From Octopus sinensis (taxonomy: Eukaryota): DNA of 64,000 nucleotides. The translations under genes were made by a program, and so were the position numbers. Position 1 is the stretch's first letter. Each line of letters starts with the position of its first letter. The notes beneath the pieces were generated by a model. It saw only the letters and a list, made by a program, of their open reading frames with translations, had not been told where the DNA came from and ran no database searches. The stretch spans positions 124,497 to 188,496 of the forward strand of contig NW_021831285.1 of the NCBI RefSeq assembly GCF_006345805.1. Reading direction: 5' to 3'. Below are positions 26,429 through 38,679 of the stretch, piece by piece.

Positions 26429-27154
26429 TATATTATTTTTTGTTTGAGAGTCATTTTCCAATTATGCAATTCCATCTGCTTCAACAATCGCAACTTTTTC
26501 TCATTTTTCAATCTCAAAGGAAATTCCTGTTAAAACAGACGGTCACCGTAGATCTTATAGAGGTCTTTGACATTCTAATAAACAAACCACAAAACAGTTT
26601 TAGTAAAGTAATCGCGCTGGTGTTACCCTCTTTTGGATGCGTTTTTTAATCGCTTCCAGTTGCCTCTCTACCTCGATAGTTCTTTTAGGACCTCAATGTC
26701 ATTTTCCGATGTCAGCCCTTTTCCAATCAAGGTTTTGATGTAAAACGGATGGAAGCCTATTCCTTGATCTTCCTCTAAAAGATGAGGAGTGTAAAAGTAT
26801 TTCATCGGAGGACATTATTAAAAAATTAATATTCAAAAAATCATTAATCGTTTGAGAATGTAAATATATGTGAGATAAATAAAAAATTCTATTATATTTT
26901 TGCAGAAAAACAGAACAGCCAGAAACTTTTATCACTTTTCCTATTCACAAAAACTGCTGTCGAAATGTAAACGAACCCATCCATGCCACAAGCGACCCTA
27001 GACTTAGCAATATAAAGACTCTATATCGACTCAAAGGCTCGGGACACTTTTTTCTTGTAAAAAATGAAATTAATATTTCGGATCAATTAATTATTGTGTT
27101 GAATATTAATCTTATTTATAATTCAAAAATAAAATACATTTGGCTCCTGTTTAG

Positions 27155-29221
27155 ATGGTTCGTTCGTCATCAATTTGCAAAGTAAATGAAATTATAATGA
27201 ATATGGAAAATTTACTAAGCTGCAACCTCTGGTAGTTACAGGCTTTAAATTTTTAGTTCTAATTACTTGTTGAAGGCAGTCATTATTCACTGTGGACATT
27301 CATTTTGCCAGTATTGAGTTATATATAGTTCATATAGCGAGTGTGTTGACATGCCAGCTGACCACCTTGACTATTACTGTCCTGTCTGTTCCCACAAATA
27401 CACGCACAAGTAATCAGTGGTCATGTTTCAGTTCTGCTGGAATGACGTAATCATTCTGATTTGGCAGCAAAATTGCAGAAAATTAAAAAAACTGTGAAAG
27501 AAGAAATCAAAGGAAAATGTTTTGTCTTTTTATATTGTTAGCATTCAAGGCTGAATTATCATCACTTCCAGTTATAAAAAGAAATAAAGTGATCAAATGC
27601 ACTAAAAATAATTCAAAAAAACTACACGAGGTGGAAAACTCTCACAATCAATCACTCAATGACACTTTGACCAATCAGAAAGACAGTCAAATTAGCTATT
27701 TGGGCACAATTCCTATGGGCAGTAAAAATTGTTACAAAAATTATAAAAACCCAATCGTCGTCAGGAATGCAACTTTAGACGATTGGATTGATTCCACTAA
27801 TCACAACTCGACTGTCCAAGCCGATGAAAACTCTCACATTTTCCACTCATTGACCAACGAAGAATCCCGTTTTGAAAATTTGAGTTTTCCAAACAACAAA
27901 CAGACTGATTTCTCCTCTGTTATACATGTTGACTCTGTCTCTTCTCGTTTTGAAAATTGAGTTTTCCAAGCCACAAACAGAAGGTGTCTCCCCTGTTATA
28001 TATAATGACTCCGTCTCTTCTCGTTTTGAAAATTGAGTTCTCCAAACAACAAACAGACTGATGTCTCCACTGTTATACATGATGACTCCGTCTCTTCTCG
28101 TTTTGAGAATTTGAGTTCTCCAAGCAACAAACAGAATGATGTCTCCACTGTTATACATGATGACTCCGTCTCTTCTGGACAGAAGATCTCGGAATTATTT
28201 GATGAGTCCTTCAATAAGGAACTTACTCTTGTCACTATCGACAACTTTGATTCTCAAATGGGCAATGGAATGGGAATAGAGGACATGTCTCAAGACCTGT
28301 TTGAATCCGACTCCCAAAATGGGGGACTGTGAGAATATATAGTTCTAATTATAGAGAAATAAACCACGATGTATTAGAAACGGTTTTCGTCACTTCCACC
28401 TCTCCTCGGACGTCTGATCACAAGTACGCTGACTCTCAGACCACTCCGAGTTCAGTGGGGAAGGAGAACTATTCCTTGGTCTCCTCTGGTCTCGGTTCTG
28501 AGATTGTTGTAAGCTTTATATGTCCAGATTATTTAAAATAGCAACAAATTCTCCATTTTTCAGACTTTTTTGGAGTGAGTTATAGCACTAGTTTTAATGC
28601 GAATGTGACATCCCATGTGGTCGTTGAAGGTCGGCATTGTGACCTTATTTTGTCCAGGTTCCTCTGGACTGTGCAGTCGTACTCTCAAATACTTGAATGG
28701 AGTGGCACAGGGTTGCTGGGTTGTCGACTCAGCCTGGGTTATTGACAGTCTTGTACACAAAAAATGGATTTCTGAGGTTGAACTGGTCTGTTTGGAATTC
28801 GAAGGAGATTTATGAAGTTATCGGAGACACTGATTTCGGGAAGCTGCATTATGGCCAAAGAAGAGTCGGGTTGATAGCAAAAGGTTGTTTGAGGGGATGG
28901 AAATATGCTGTGTTGGAGTTTTTCCATGATTTTGTTGGGTTTGTTTGTTGCGGGGATTTGTAGAGGACTTGAATTGTCTCGTCATGCTTGCTGGTGCAAG
29001 TTTGGGGATTTTTCGAACATGTCCAATTCGTTTCGAAAGTCGGTGGTTGTTGTTGAGGTCATCGACGAGTTCATTTTGCCGAATTTGATTCGTACGTGGT
29101 TTTGTGTATTTTAGGCTATCGTGACGAAGGCAGGGTTCATTTGGTTGTTCTGGAATGGCTATTGGATTCCATTTCATTCCATCAACTCAGGCCGTTTTCT
29201 GAATATTCACTCGATTTGTAG
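27155..29221 (+). CDS. BRCA1: BRCA1-like copy B with 4 VNTR units; many 1-bp deletions (pseudogene or sequencing error)
   Basis: Same exon-intron structure as copy A; single-base losses mostly in homopolymers (e.g. TTCTGCTGG versus TTCTGCCTGG). Confidence 0.75.
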
Positions 29222-31069
29222 TATTTTATTTAAAATACGATTTATTTGGTAAGAGCTCGTCGAGGAGACATTTATTAGGTTAGGATGTCTACCGTCGTTA
29301 ATTTGATAAAGATTTGTAAAGATATTTTGTGTTTCCCGCGCTGGTCACAAGCAGGATGGTGACTTGTGTATACTTAACAGGTCGATTTACACATTTTGAC
29401 ATTAAATTAAAAACGAAAATAATTTGATATAAAAAGGGTTTAGCGTCATTTTAATTAAAAAAATGATATTTTTAAAAGATGTTATATAATCTTAGTTTTA
29501 CTTAAAAATGCCATTGAATACCAAAATCTTGTAAATCTACTGCTCCGACAATTAGAATTGACTACATTTAAATTCCAAAAATACAAACTTATAAAAAACC
29601 AAATCAAATCGTGAAAATTGATGATTAGTATATTTGCTATTTACAATTCATAGTCTTTATCTGTTGGAACAGAATAACCAAAGACACACTTTTTTTTGGA
29701 CTGAATTCGTTTATTTAATGAAAAGATAAGAAAATAAGTAGAATATTGCAGACTTGAGGGTGAAAGAAAGGATTTGGCCTATTTTATGCAGAAATGAATT
29801 GCTGAATAAACTCTGCGTCCTGAGGAAAATGGTTAATGCAGTAGCACGTTCGGGATGAAGAGTGTGAGTAATGAGGTGGACCCACCTTTTGATTTGAAAG
29901 AGGAGGCAGTGTAGAAAGTGAGTTTTTATAAAAAGTTGTAAATAAAACGAAATAAAATTTTTCGTTTCGTTTAAATTATTTTTATCATTTTCATTTTATG
30001 TATCACTATTCACAATTTTCATGTTTATTGGTTCTTCAGATCTTTTTTTATTTTAAAACAATTGATATGAAGACATTTTCAAATTCTGATAAACATTATG
30101 AACGGTAGTGGTACTAATACAATTTTTCTTGTAATCGTTTTGAATATTTTTAATTCTGCACATGTTACACGCGTACTCATTTTGTGGCGTTTTTTATAGT
30201 GTGTGTTAATAAGGCGAATTGCAAATACTCCTTGATACTGTTCCTATGTGGCCAAAGCTTCAACTATTTATTTTAAAATTTTAGCAAGTATCGAGACATT
30301 AACATTTTTGATTACATTTTTTCCATATCTTGAAACATTTCAATCATTATTATGTCTTATAATCATTTCATCTCCTACGTTTATATTTTCCTCATCATAT
30401 CGCCATTTTCTTTATTTTCTCTCCGATTTTTGAAGATTTTCCAGAATCTTCATATTTTTCTGTTCATTTTCCGAGCATTCATTTTTTTCGTAATTTATTT
30501 CTTTTGGGTCAGTTCCATCGAATGCCATTAATGCGTTTATTTTATTTTCATCTTGTTTTTTTAATGTGACGGTCACATATAATATACTAGTTTATTAAAA
30601 AAGAAACTAATTAACTAAGTAATTTTTCTAACCAAGTCCAGAGCCTTTCGAAGTGACACATATAAACCAATTTATTTACGAAACCAAAATTTAATTAAGG
30701 TTAAAATATTTAATTAGGACTTTCAATCCTGATTGGTAGTCTCTCTTCTCCTTTTAGGAGAAGAGTCTGCTGCTTGTTCCTCTTCATTCTCTATCTCTGC
30801 GTCAGTTGTTGTGCGTCTTTTATCTTTGAATGGAGTGTCCTGGCGGCATGCCATTTCTACTAGTTGATCGGTCGCAGAGGCATATTCCTCGCCAGTTATC
30901 TCATTCCATGCTTTGTGTCAATTATCATGCTTCTAGCGTCCTTTTGAGCACAATCGATTGGATGTATGTCATTGTAAATTTTCAATATATAGTTTATCCA
31001 TATAATTTTTGAGCATCTTGTGAACAACACCATCCCAGGTCAGAACACGGGATAATTTTAAACTTGCAT

Positions 31070-34000
31070 TTTTTTTTTGGTTGAGGTGGTGACGTGCCTC
31101 TCTTGCACTAATGTCTATTAAGCATTCGAAACAATCTAATGAACTAACAATCCTTACCTTCAATGTCAGAGGTCTGAAAACCGTGGCTAAGAGGCACCTT
31201 CTATGTACTGATCTCGAAAAATACCAGGGCTCTATATGCTGTCTACAGGAGACTAAAGTAAAACACGGACTTGACGAAATACACGGAAATTATCGCCTAA
31301 TACTGCTTCCCTCAGAATCTATACATTATGGACAAGGATTCGCAATACACAAGAACCACACCTCCAGACTATATCGATATTGGAAAGTCAGCGATAGGAT
31401 CAGCGTCTTACAACTACGTACAATCTCAAGCAGCAAGTCGAGGAGACTCACGTCAATTGTCAATGTCTACGCGCCACACAGTGGACGTATTCAAAAAAAT
31501 CCAGAAGAACTTGATATCTTCTATGAGGAATTAGGAAGGACATTAACAGACCTCGGTTCTTCGTACTTTCTGTTTGTTGCCGGGGACTGGAATGCGAAAG
31601 TTGGAACCCGTAAGGGAAACGAAAGTTTTATTGGCCATCACGGAAGAGGAATCAGAAACTATCCAGGAACTGTTCTAGCTGAATTCTGTCGGGTCTTTGA
31701 CCTATTCCTATGCAACACCGGTTTCCAGCATCCCGCGCGTCACAAAACGACGTGGACTGGCCAACGACCCTCACCGACCGCAGGGTCCGTCAACATTTTC
31801 AACCAAATTGACTACATCGTCTGTCGAGCCGGGGAAAAATCGCTTCTCCGAGACTCAAGGTCTTATGGAGGTGCAGCTACTTACAGTGATCATAAAATTG
31901 TCTCTGCCAAGTTTGCTATGAAGACATCAATTGACCTACGACGAAGGGGGCCCAACGCTGATGTAAGGATAAGGCATAAAATCGAACAACTGTGCTCATC
32001 TACGCTGGTCAGAGACAACTACCAACTGTCAATCATGAAATCTCTTGGAAACATAAATGCCGAACTTTCTCCAGGAGGTGCCTGGGCGGAGACAATGAAA
32101 GGGATCCTCTTGGCAGCCGACGAGGCAATTGGCCTTCGGTCGCAAGTACTATGCAACAAAGGTATACACTCTGATCTCCCTGCCCTCATCAAAGAACAAA
32201 AGGAGCTAAGACTACAACTGGAAAACACATCTGATCCGAAGAAGAAACAAATCTTACAGAATAGACGTTCATCTACCCAAAAAAAATCAAAATGTTGAAC
32301 AAGACAAACTTCACTAACAAACTCGACTTAATAGCTGCAGGAATTGAACAGCTAAAGGACTCTTCAAAAATGTTTACGGCAATCCGCCTACTCAACAGGA
32401 AAAAACAAACTAACAAACTCAAAATCCATGACAGCAATGGAAGATTCATCACAAATCCCAAAGAGCAGGCTGAATATATAGCCTCGTATTTCGAGAGTAT
32501 ATTAACCGCTCACGGAGAAATATCCGATTACACCAGCGGATACACCACTCATCTCAGCCTACCTATCACCACCGGTGAAGTATCAACTGCAATAGCCAAA
32601 CTTAAAAATGGCCGCTCCTCTGGACCGGATGGAATAAATTCAGAACTGTTTAAATACGGACCGCCTGCACTAACAGACAAACTGGCGGAGCTACTCAATG
32701 GTATGTTTATGAAAAAGGAATTCCTCGGTCTTGATTCCGGATTATTAATACCGATCCAAAAGCCTAACAAGCAGGCTGGGCCTGTCGAAAATCTACGCCC
32801 TATAATCTTGCTAAACACCTTACGGAAACTTTTGGGATTAGTTACACTGAACCGAATAAGAGAACAAGTGGACAACTATCTATCCCCGAGTCATAGTGGA
32901 TTTAGGACAGGAAGATCCACCGCCGATGCTGTCTGGGCCCACAAGTGGTACTGCGCTATCACCCAGAGATACAAAAGTGCAACAACAGTCCTGGGAATAG
33001 ACCTGTCTAGGGCCTTTGACACGGTACGCCGTGGTCTACTCCTCAAAATACTGGAACAATTCCTGGACCCTGACTCTGTCAATATGATAAGAGTACTACT
33101 ATCGAACACAAAGCTCAAGGTGCGGGTCGGCACGGCGTTTTCCCGTGAATTCACGTGCAACGTCGGTACCCCTCAGGGAGACGCCCTCTCGCCGTTGCTA
33201 TTCGTGATCTATCTGGAGACGGCACTACGAGACCTTCGAAAATTCTATGCTGGCAATATCGTCGAAATTGTATATGCAGATGACGTCGACTTCGTGTCAG
33301 ACGACAAATCGGCCTTACTTCGACTCCTTGAAGTGGCACCTGCTGAGCTGAACAGATGGTTCCTTAAAATGAACGTTGGAAAAACCGACATCGTTGAAAT
33401 CATGAGGATGGAGAGCAGCTCAAGTGAAGCCTGGCGCAAAACGAACAAACTCGGTTCTCTACTTGGGGACGGCCATGATATTGTCAGAAGAAAGGCTCTC
33501 GCTTGGGCCACGATGAACAAGATAAAGAAAGAGTGGATCGGCAAACGACGACTCTGTACGTCACTTCGTCTGAGGATGTATGAAGCCTTTGTCAAACCAA
33601 TCCTGACATATAATTCGGCGACCTGGGGAATGTCTAGTACTGAACAACGTGGACTCGATTCTTTTCACCGCAGGCAACTTAGATCCCTACTGGGATTGAA
33701 CTGGCCTATAAGAATCAACCAGGAATCGCTATACAATAGATGCAGAACTGGCCCTCTGAGTGTGGAAATCGTCATATGCGGTGGAGGTTATTTGGCCATA
33801 TTCTACGAATGGACATGCTTGCCCCAGCTAACATAGCAATGGAGGGCTACTTCCTGAAAGAGGGATCGAGCTTCCGTGGACGTCCACGTGTTACGCTGCC
33901 GGAAACACTTGACGGAGACCTGAAATGTGTGAAGAAAAGGCTAAGGAGTGGTGAGGATCTGGACGAGCTGAGGAAACTCGCTCACGACAGAGGAGGTTGG

Positions 34001-34086
34001 AGGAGGCTGGTTCAAAGGATTGTTTTTAATGCTGCACGAGTAAAATTATAACTAATATGATTCTACGTATGTTGCAAATAATAATA
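31070..34086 (+). mobile_element. Near-intact RTE-like non-LTR retrotransposon (single APE-RT ORF 31111-34051, two frameshifts)
   Basis: APE motifs TFNVRGL, LQET, GDWNAK, IDYI, SDH; RT motifs RPIILL, DLSRAFD, GTPQGD, YADD; (TAA)n tail; the ~33775 frameshift is a 1-bp loss relative to the 48910 copy. Confidence 0.95.
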
Positions 34087-35084
34087 AAATAATTTCGTTT
34101 AGAGTAGTGAAAGTGCATTTGCAAGGATCATATTGTGAAGTTTCTCAACTTCCACTTGTTTAGCGGTCCTGAGATGTTGCCACTTCGATTAAGGTTATTT
34201 ACTTTTTAATTTTGTCATAAACAAAGATATCCGTTTATTGAAGTTGACTTTATTTTCTGTTATAATTGACGTGTCAACTCTAATTCCCACATTTTGAGTT
34301 GACAATATCGACTGAACTGAATGAGTCTTTAATTTCCTGTTCTTTTTAATTCCATACATTCGACAAATATGAATATGGACACATTTAACCACTTCGTCAT
34401 GTCTTCGGAGGTAATCGCTATTGAGCATTTTACCACACTGAGTGGCCAGATGATCAACAGTTTGTTTACTTTTTTACAATGATTGCATAACGGCCTCGTG
34501 CTTGCAAAAAACAAATTTCTATCTTGCAGAAGACAGTATAATGCTTCACTTCGGGGGCCATTATTTCCTTTGGCTAACCATTCTGAGGAAGTAGAAAGAT
34601 CGACATTTGATTCATCCAAGCATTTGAACATAACAGAGTGTAGTGACTTGAACTTTATTTTGTTCAGCAAATATTTTTTCTGAATGTCTTTGAGAAAATT
34701 AGTATTTATGCTTTCTGTGTCAGCAATAGCGTATTTAGAGGTAAGAAATCCTGCGATTGTAGCCAAATGGCATTTCTTTGTTTTAATAACTCGCAGAATC
34801 CCCGACCTTCGCAAACACACAGCCGAGTGTTTTTCCAAGCTTTTAAGGAATTGCATGAGTATTAATTCGCTCTTGAACTAGATGGAGGCAAGTCCTCTTC
34901 CAAAAGTTTTGCGGTCTAAATACAGCCTTTCTTTATTTGCAGGCAGGAGATGTAACTTGAGTGTCGTGAGCAGTCGACGTATTTGTTTATCAATGTCATC
35001 AAATTCACATGGCTCAATATTAATTAGCCCAATATAATAATCATATAGGGACAATGCATATTCATTTATGGCATAGAATAAATT

Positions 35085-36069
35085 GGTACTTTTGTCGAAG
35101 TGGTCGCAGTTTTTTTAGAAGATAATTAAAATTAATTAATTTTTTTAGTGAAAAATAGATTATTTAATTTATAACCCTCTATCAAATATTTAAATGGTTA
35201 TTAAAATTATTTAAAAATTTATTTAACCAATTTAGTCATTTTAGTACGCGGCATCCAAATTCCAGGACTGTAGAAGGAATTTATGTCTTTTACAATCTGT
35301 GCAAAAGATTCCTTATAGTTCTGTATTTGTTTTCGCCACATAAATTCTGAAAAAATAACTAACTAAAAAACCTGCGAAATAAGATCCCAGAGATGTCTTA
35401 CAGCTCCTCTTTGAGCTTTATTCTTGCATTTTGCACTTCCCCACATTCGTTCTACTGTCTGGGTGTGCACTCCCGTCGTTGGATCCACAAAGAATTTTCT
35501 GAATATATTATATTTCCTTACTTATGGTTAACGGTTTCGTGTGGTAGCCGTTTTCAACCAATTGATCAGTTGAATACCCTAAATGTTAATCAAATAATGC
35601 TAACCTTTCCAGCAGTCACTATAAATAATGCTTCCCACCTCGACATATCGAATTACTAGACTGAGCAGTGTTTCTCTGCTCCTATCCGCGACTGGTTGCA
35701 GAAAACACTGTTTGGTGGCTCGACAAATACCACCGAAGACCCACTGTTTTGGTAAAACTCTTCCAGAGTTGTTTTTCCGTTTGGAAAACATACTCTCGTC
35801 TACCTCCACAATCATACCAGGACCACCTGAAATAAACATTAATAATACCAATTTTGCCGTCAGATCTTTTAACAAGTGCGTCCACACAGACTTCACGTAA
35901 AAACATAGCCCAATCGACATATGTATGTTCACCCCAATTGTATTCGTGATGAAGCCATTTGAAGGTATGCCTATCGTAACTCATAAGTATAGTAGGCGGC
36001 GATGACATCCTCAAATGGCAATCTACAATTCTCTAACCAGGTATCTAGAATTATTTCGACAAAAGTACC
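35085..36069 (-). mobile_element. Merlin DNA transposon with four micro-introns, 5' part deleted
   Basis: TIR GGTACTTTTGTCGAA; 8-bp TSD AATAAATT; VEVDES, WVFGG, SDCWK|GY, VNHK|KFFVDP and YFA|EFMWR; introns 35827-35848, 35579-35604, 35499-35521, 35347-35371. Confidence 0.93.
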
Positions 36070-36158
36070 AATAAATTCACCGAATTCAACTTTGTTTTTG
36101 ACAACATAGTTATTCTTTTTTTACATTCTCCATTATTGAATTCATAACTTTATTCTTG

Positions 36159-36452
36159 GCTATCGTGGTCCAACAGGAGGCGAATCGAGGAGGCCCAACA
36201 AAGGGCCCTCAGATTAACCGATCGTTGGTCACATGATAGCCAACGCCCCGGTCCAGCCTCTCTGGAAGACCTCATCAAGCTGAACCTGGGCCCGTCAGCG
36301 ACTGCTCCGCCAAAAACGGCCCGCCGCCCTGTGCGATCTTGTGTGGGCTCGTGGAAAGACCACCGAGCGAGGATGAGGTCCCTGGTTGAGTGCATCGGGA
36401 TCACGTGACATTTGTTCGGTTTTTAGCGTGGTCTTGGTGATTTAACAAATAA
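36159..36452 (+). mobile_element. 294-bp GC-rich structured SINE-like retroposed element
   Basis: 15-bp TSD ATAACTTTATTCTTG (36144-36158, 36453-36467); A-rich 3' end; long self-complementary stems; removal restores NVLKNKVMNSIMENV of the host element. Confidence 0.8.
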
Positions 36453-37859
36453 ATAACTTTATTCTTGAGGACATTACTTCCTCCATCTTCAAATACGTCC
36501 AAATAGCGATATCCATTGATTCCTTCCAAAGTCTCGCAGCATGATAAAGATTTGACATTAGAGGCCGATTTTTCAGAGTTCATGTCAAAAAATTCTTTAA
36601 CAGCTTCCATCATTTTAATAACAGTGTCCTCTTTAAGAGCAAATATCTTTAGATCGTCAATAAAATATAGGTGATTGGTAGAAAATGTCAACATATTTAG
36701 ATCCTACTGATTAATTTGCAATTTGGGAAATTTAGAGTTCAGGATCCTGCTTAGGGGATCCATTACCATAACAAATAGCAATGGGGATAATGAATCTCCT
36801 TGCAAAATGTAGATTTACTTTCCAGATGTAGATTTACTTTCCACTTCTTGACTATACTTTTCACAAAGTTAATAATCCAGAGTGGAATTCCAGAGCTGTC
36901 CAATATGTGGAATAAAAATTGGTGATCAACCGAGTCAAAGGCTTTCTTTACATCCACCCAAGTAGAGTACAGACTGTTTCCATACTCCTTGTTCAAGCAT
37001 TGATTAATAAGTGCTTGCTCTTTGGCACCCTGACATTGCTTTCCGGTTCCGAGTTGATTGTCTGAAATCAGTCCAAATCCATCCACAAAGTCAAAGAGTT
37101 TAACATTCACACACTTCGTTACAAGCTTGTACAAAGTTGGCATACACGTTATAGGACGTAAATCCTTTGGATTCTCACAATCATCCTTTTTTGGAATCAA
37201 GTAAGTTAATCCCGTGTAAAACCAACTCTCGGGCATGTAATCACCCTTGATTATCCGGATTACTTCATTACACAAGAATTCATGTAATGATTTCATTTTC
37301 TTGATGAAAAAGTTTTACGTTCCATCACATCCGCACGCCTTCCAATCAGGCATTTGAGCATATCTTTAACCAACTCATTTGTGAATTAAGGTTCCATAGC
37401 TTCACCACCGGTAGACCTCACATCCACACAATTATACGAAACGTGATCCATATTTTTCTTTCTCCAGACGTCCTCCCAGAATAACAAACACTCATAATCA
37501 TCAAAGCCATATAAGGTTACTTCATTATTCGATGATAAGTTTCGGTAAAACCTTCTGCGGTTTAATTCAAAGCACGCATTGTCTTTTCGGAACTCTTTCC
37601 TCGAGTTATAAATTGATATTTGTTTCTCTTTAATTCTGATTAGATCATTCATTAAAGCCTCAATTCTCATTAGCTCTCCCTTTTTAGATTTCTTATATCC
37701 GTAGCGGCAGAGAATATCCATTACATTTTTCTTTTCAGATTGAGGTAATGCTTGTCTCGAAAAGGAATTCACTAATTTAATTTCAGCTGCTAATTTCGAA
37801 ATTTTGTTTTCTGTATTTTCCAACCATGTGCTTTTTGTTTTATGTCTTATAGTTAAGGC

Positions 37860-38040
37860 CAGGGGTGTCAAACATGCGGCTCATTGCTATGTTTGGTTCG
37901 ACATATGTATGTGAACAGCTTTTTTCATGTATGAAAATGACAAAAACTGCTCAAAGAACAAAACTAACTGATGAACATTTATCCTCTTTAATAAAAGTCG
38001 GAACTACACGAATAGCTCAGGCTGACATATCTCGATAGTG
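37860..38040 (+). mobile_element. Internally deleted hAT remnant
   Basis: TIR CAGGGGTGTCAAAC fused directly to MFGSTYVCEQLFS..RTKLTDEHL. Confidence 0.75.
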
Positions 38041-38093
38041 ATATCTGTTTCTTTGACATCATTTGGATTTTAAAATTTTTCTTTGCATACTCT

Positions 38094-38235
38094 AAATTGA
38101 TTTCTTAAATACATTTGGTTGAGTATTCCGTTTTTGTATTAAAATTGATTTCTTAAATACATTTGGTTGAGTATTCCGTTTTTGTATTAAAATTGATTTC
38201 TTAAATACATTTGGTTGAGTATTCCGTTTTTTTAT
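38094..38235. repeat. 48-bp tandem repeat, 3 copies
   Basis: AAATTGATTTCTTAAATACATTTGGTTGAGTATTCCGTTTTTGTATTA three times. Confidence 0.9.
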
Positions 38236-38679
38236 TAAGTTTGATCTTCAATTTTTATTATTACTGCGATTACACTTGAATCATTTAATTTTACGTGACG
38301 AATTAATGGAATTTTAGCTCTCATGGTTGCATCCCAAAAAATTTTATCGACAAACTCAACATTTTTGGTCATAAAGAAATAGGCATTGATATTCTCTTAG
38401 TTTTTTTAGTTAATTTTGTTTTTATTTTCTCCATTTTCTGTAAAAATTGTAATATTCAGTAATGTTAAAAATTAAATTTTTTTCGGTTAGATTTAAAGTT
38501 TTCAACATTTTTGGTAAAAAGAGATTTTTGATTTTCAAATTCAGACATCTAACTATTTTATGCACTTATAACTGGAGAATAAGATTAAATAATGAGTTTT
38601 CGAGGGAATTAACATAATTTCCCGGATTAATGACTTTACCCAGTGGTTCTCAAATGCGGCTTCGCAATTTATTTTTGCT

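Larger units (their letters stand above)
21616..30545. repeat. Tandem segmental duplication, copy B (empty sites for three TEs)
   Basis: Repeats the hAT piece, R4-like, CRE-like, MITE and BRCA1 segments in order; novel junction TTTATTTTAT|CAATGTTAGG at 21615/21616. Confidence 0.92.
30700..37859 (-). mobile_element. Degraded R4/Dong-like RLE retroelement hosting three nested insertions
   Basis: From right to left: FELNRRRFYR, LRPITCMPTLYK, DVKKAFDSV, HLYFIDDLK, KLNSVNLFYAINEYA, CNHC, RRHD, TWDGVV; interrupted at ~31070-34086, 35085-36069 and 36159-36452. Confidence 0.87.

Noticed and set aside
36159-36452. Hammerhead ribozyme or SRP RNA
   Set aside because: No CUGANGA core on either strand; the SRP-like words GCCCAGGT and CGGAGCAG occur in the wrong order and on the strand disfavoured by G-U pairing.
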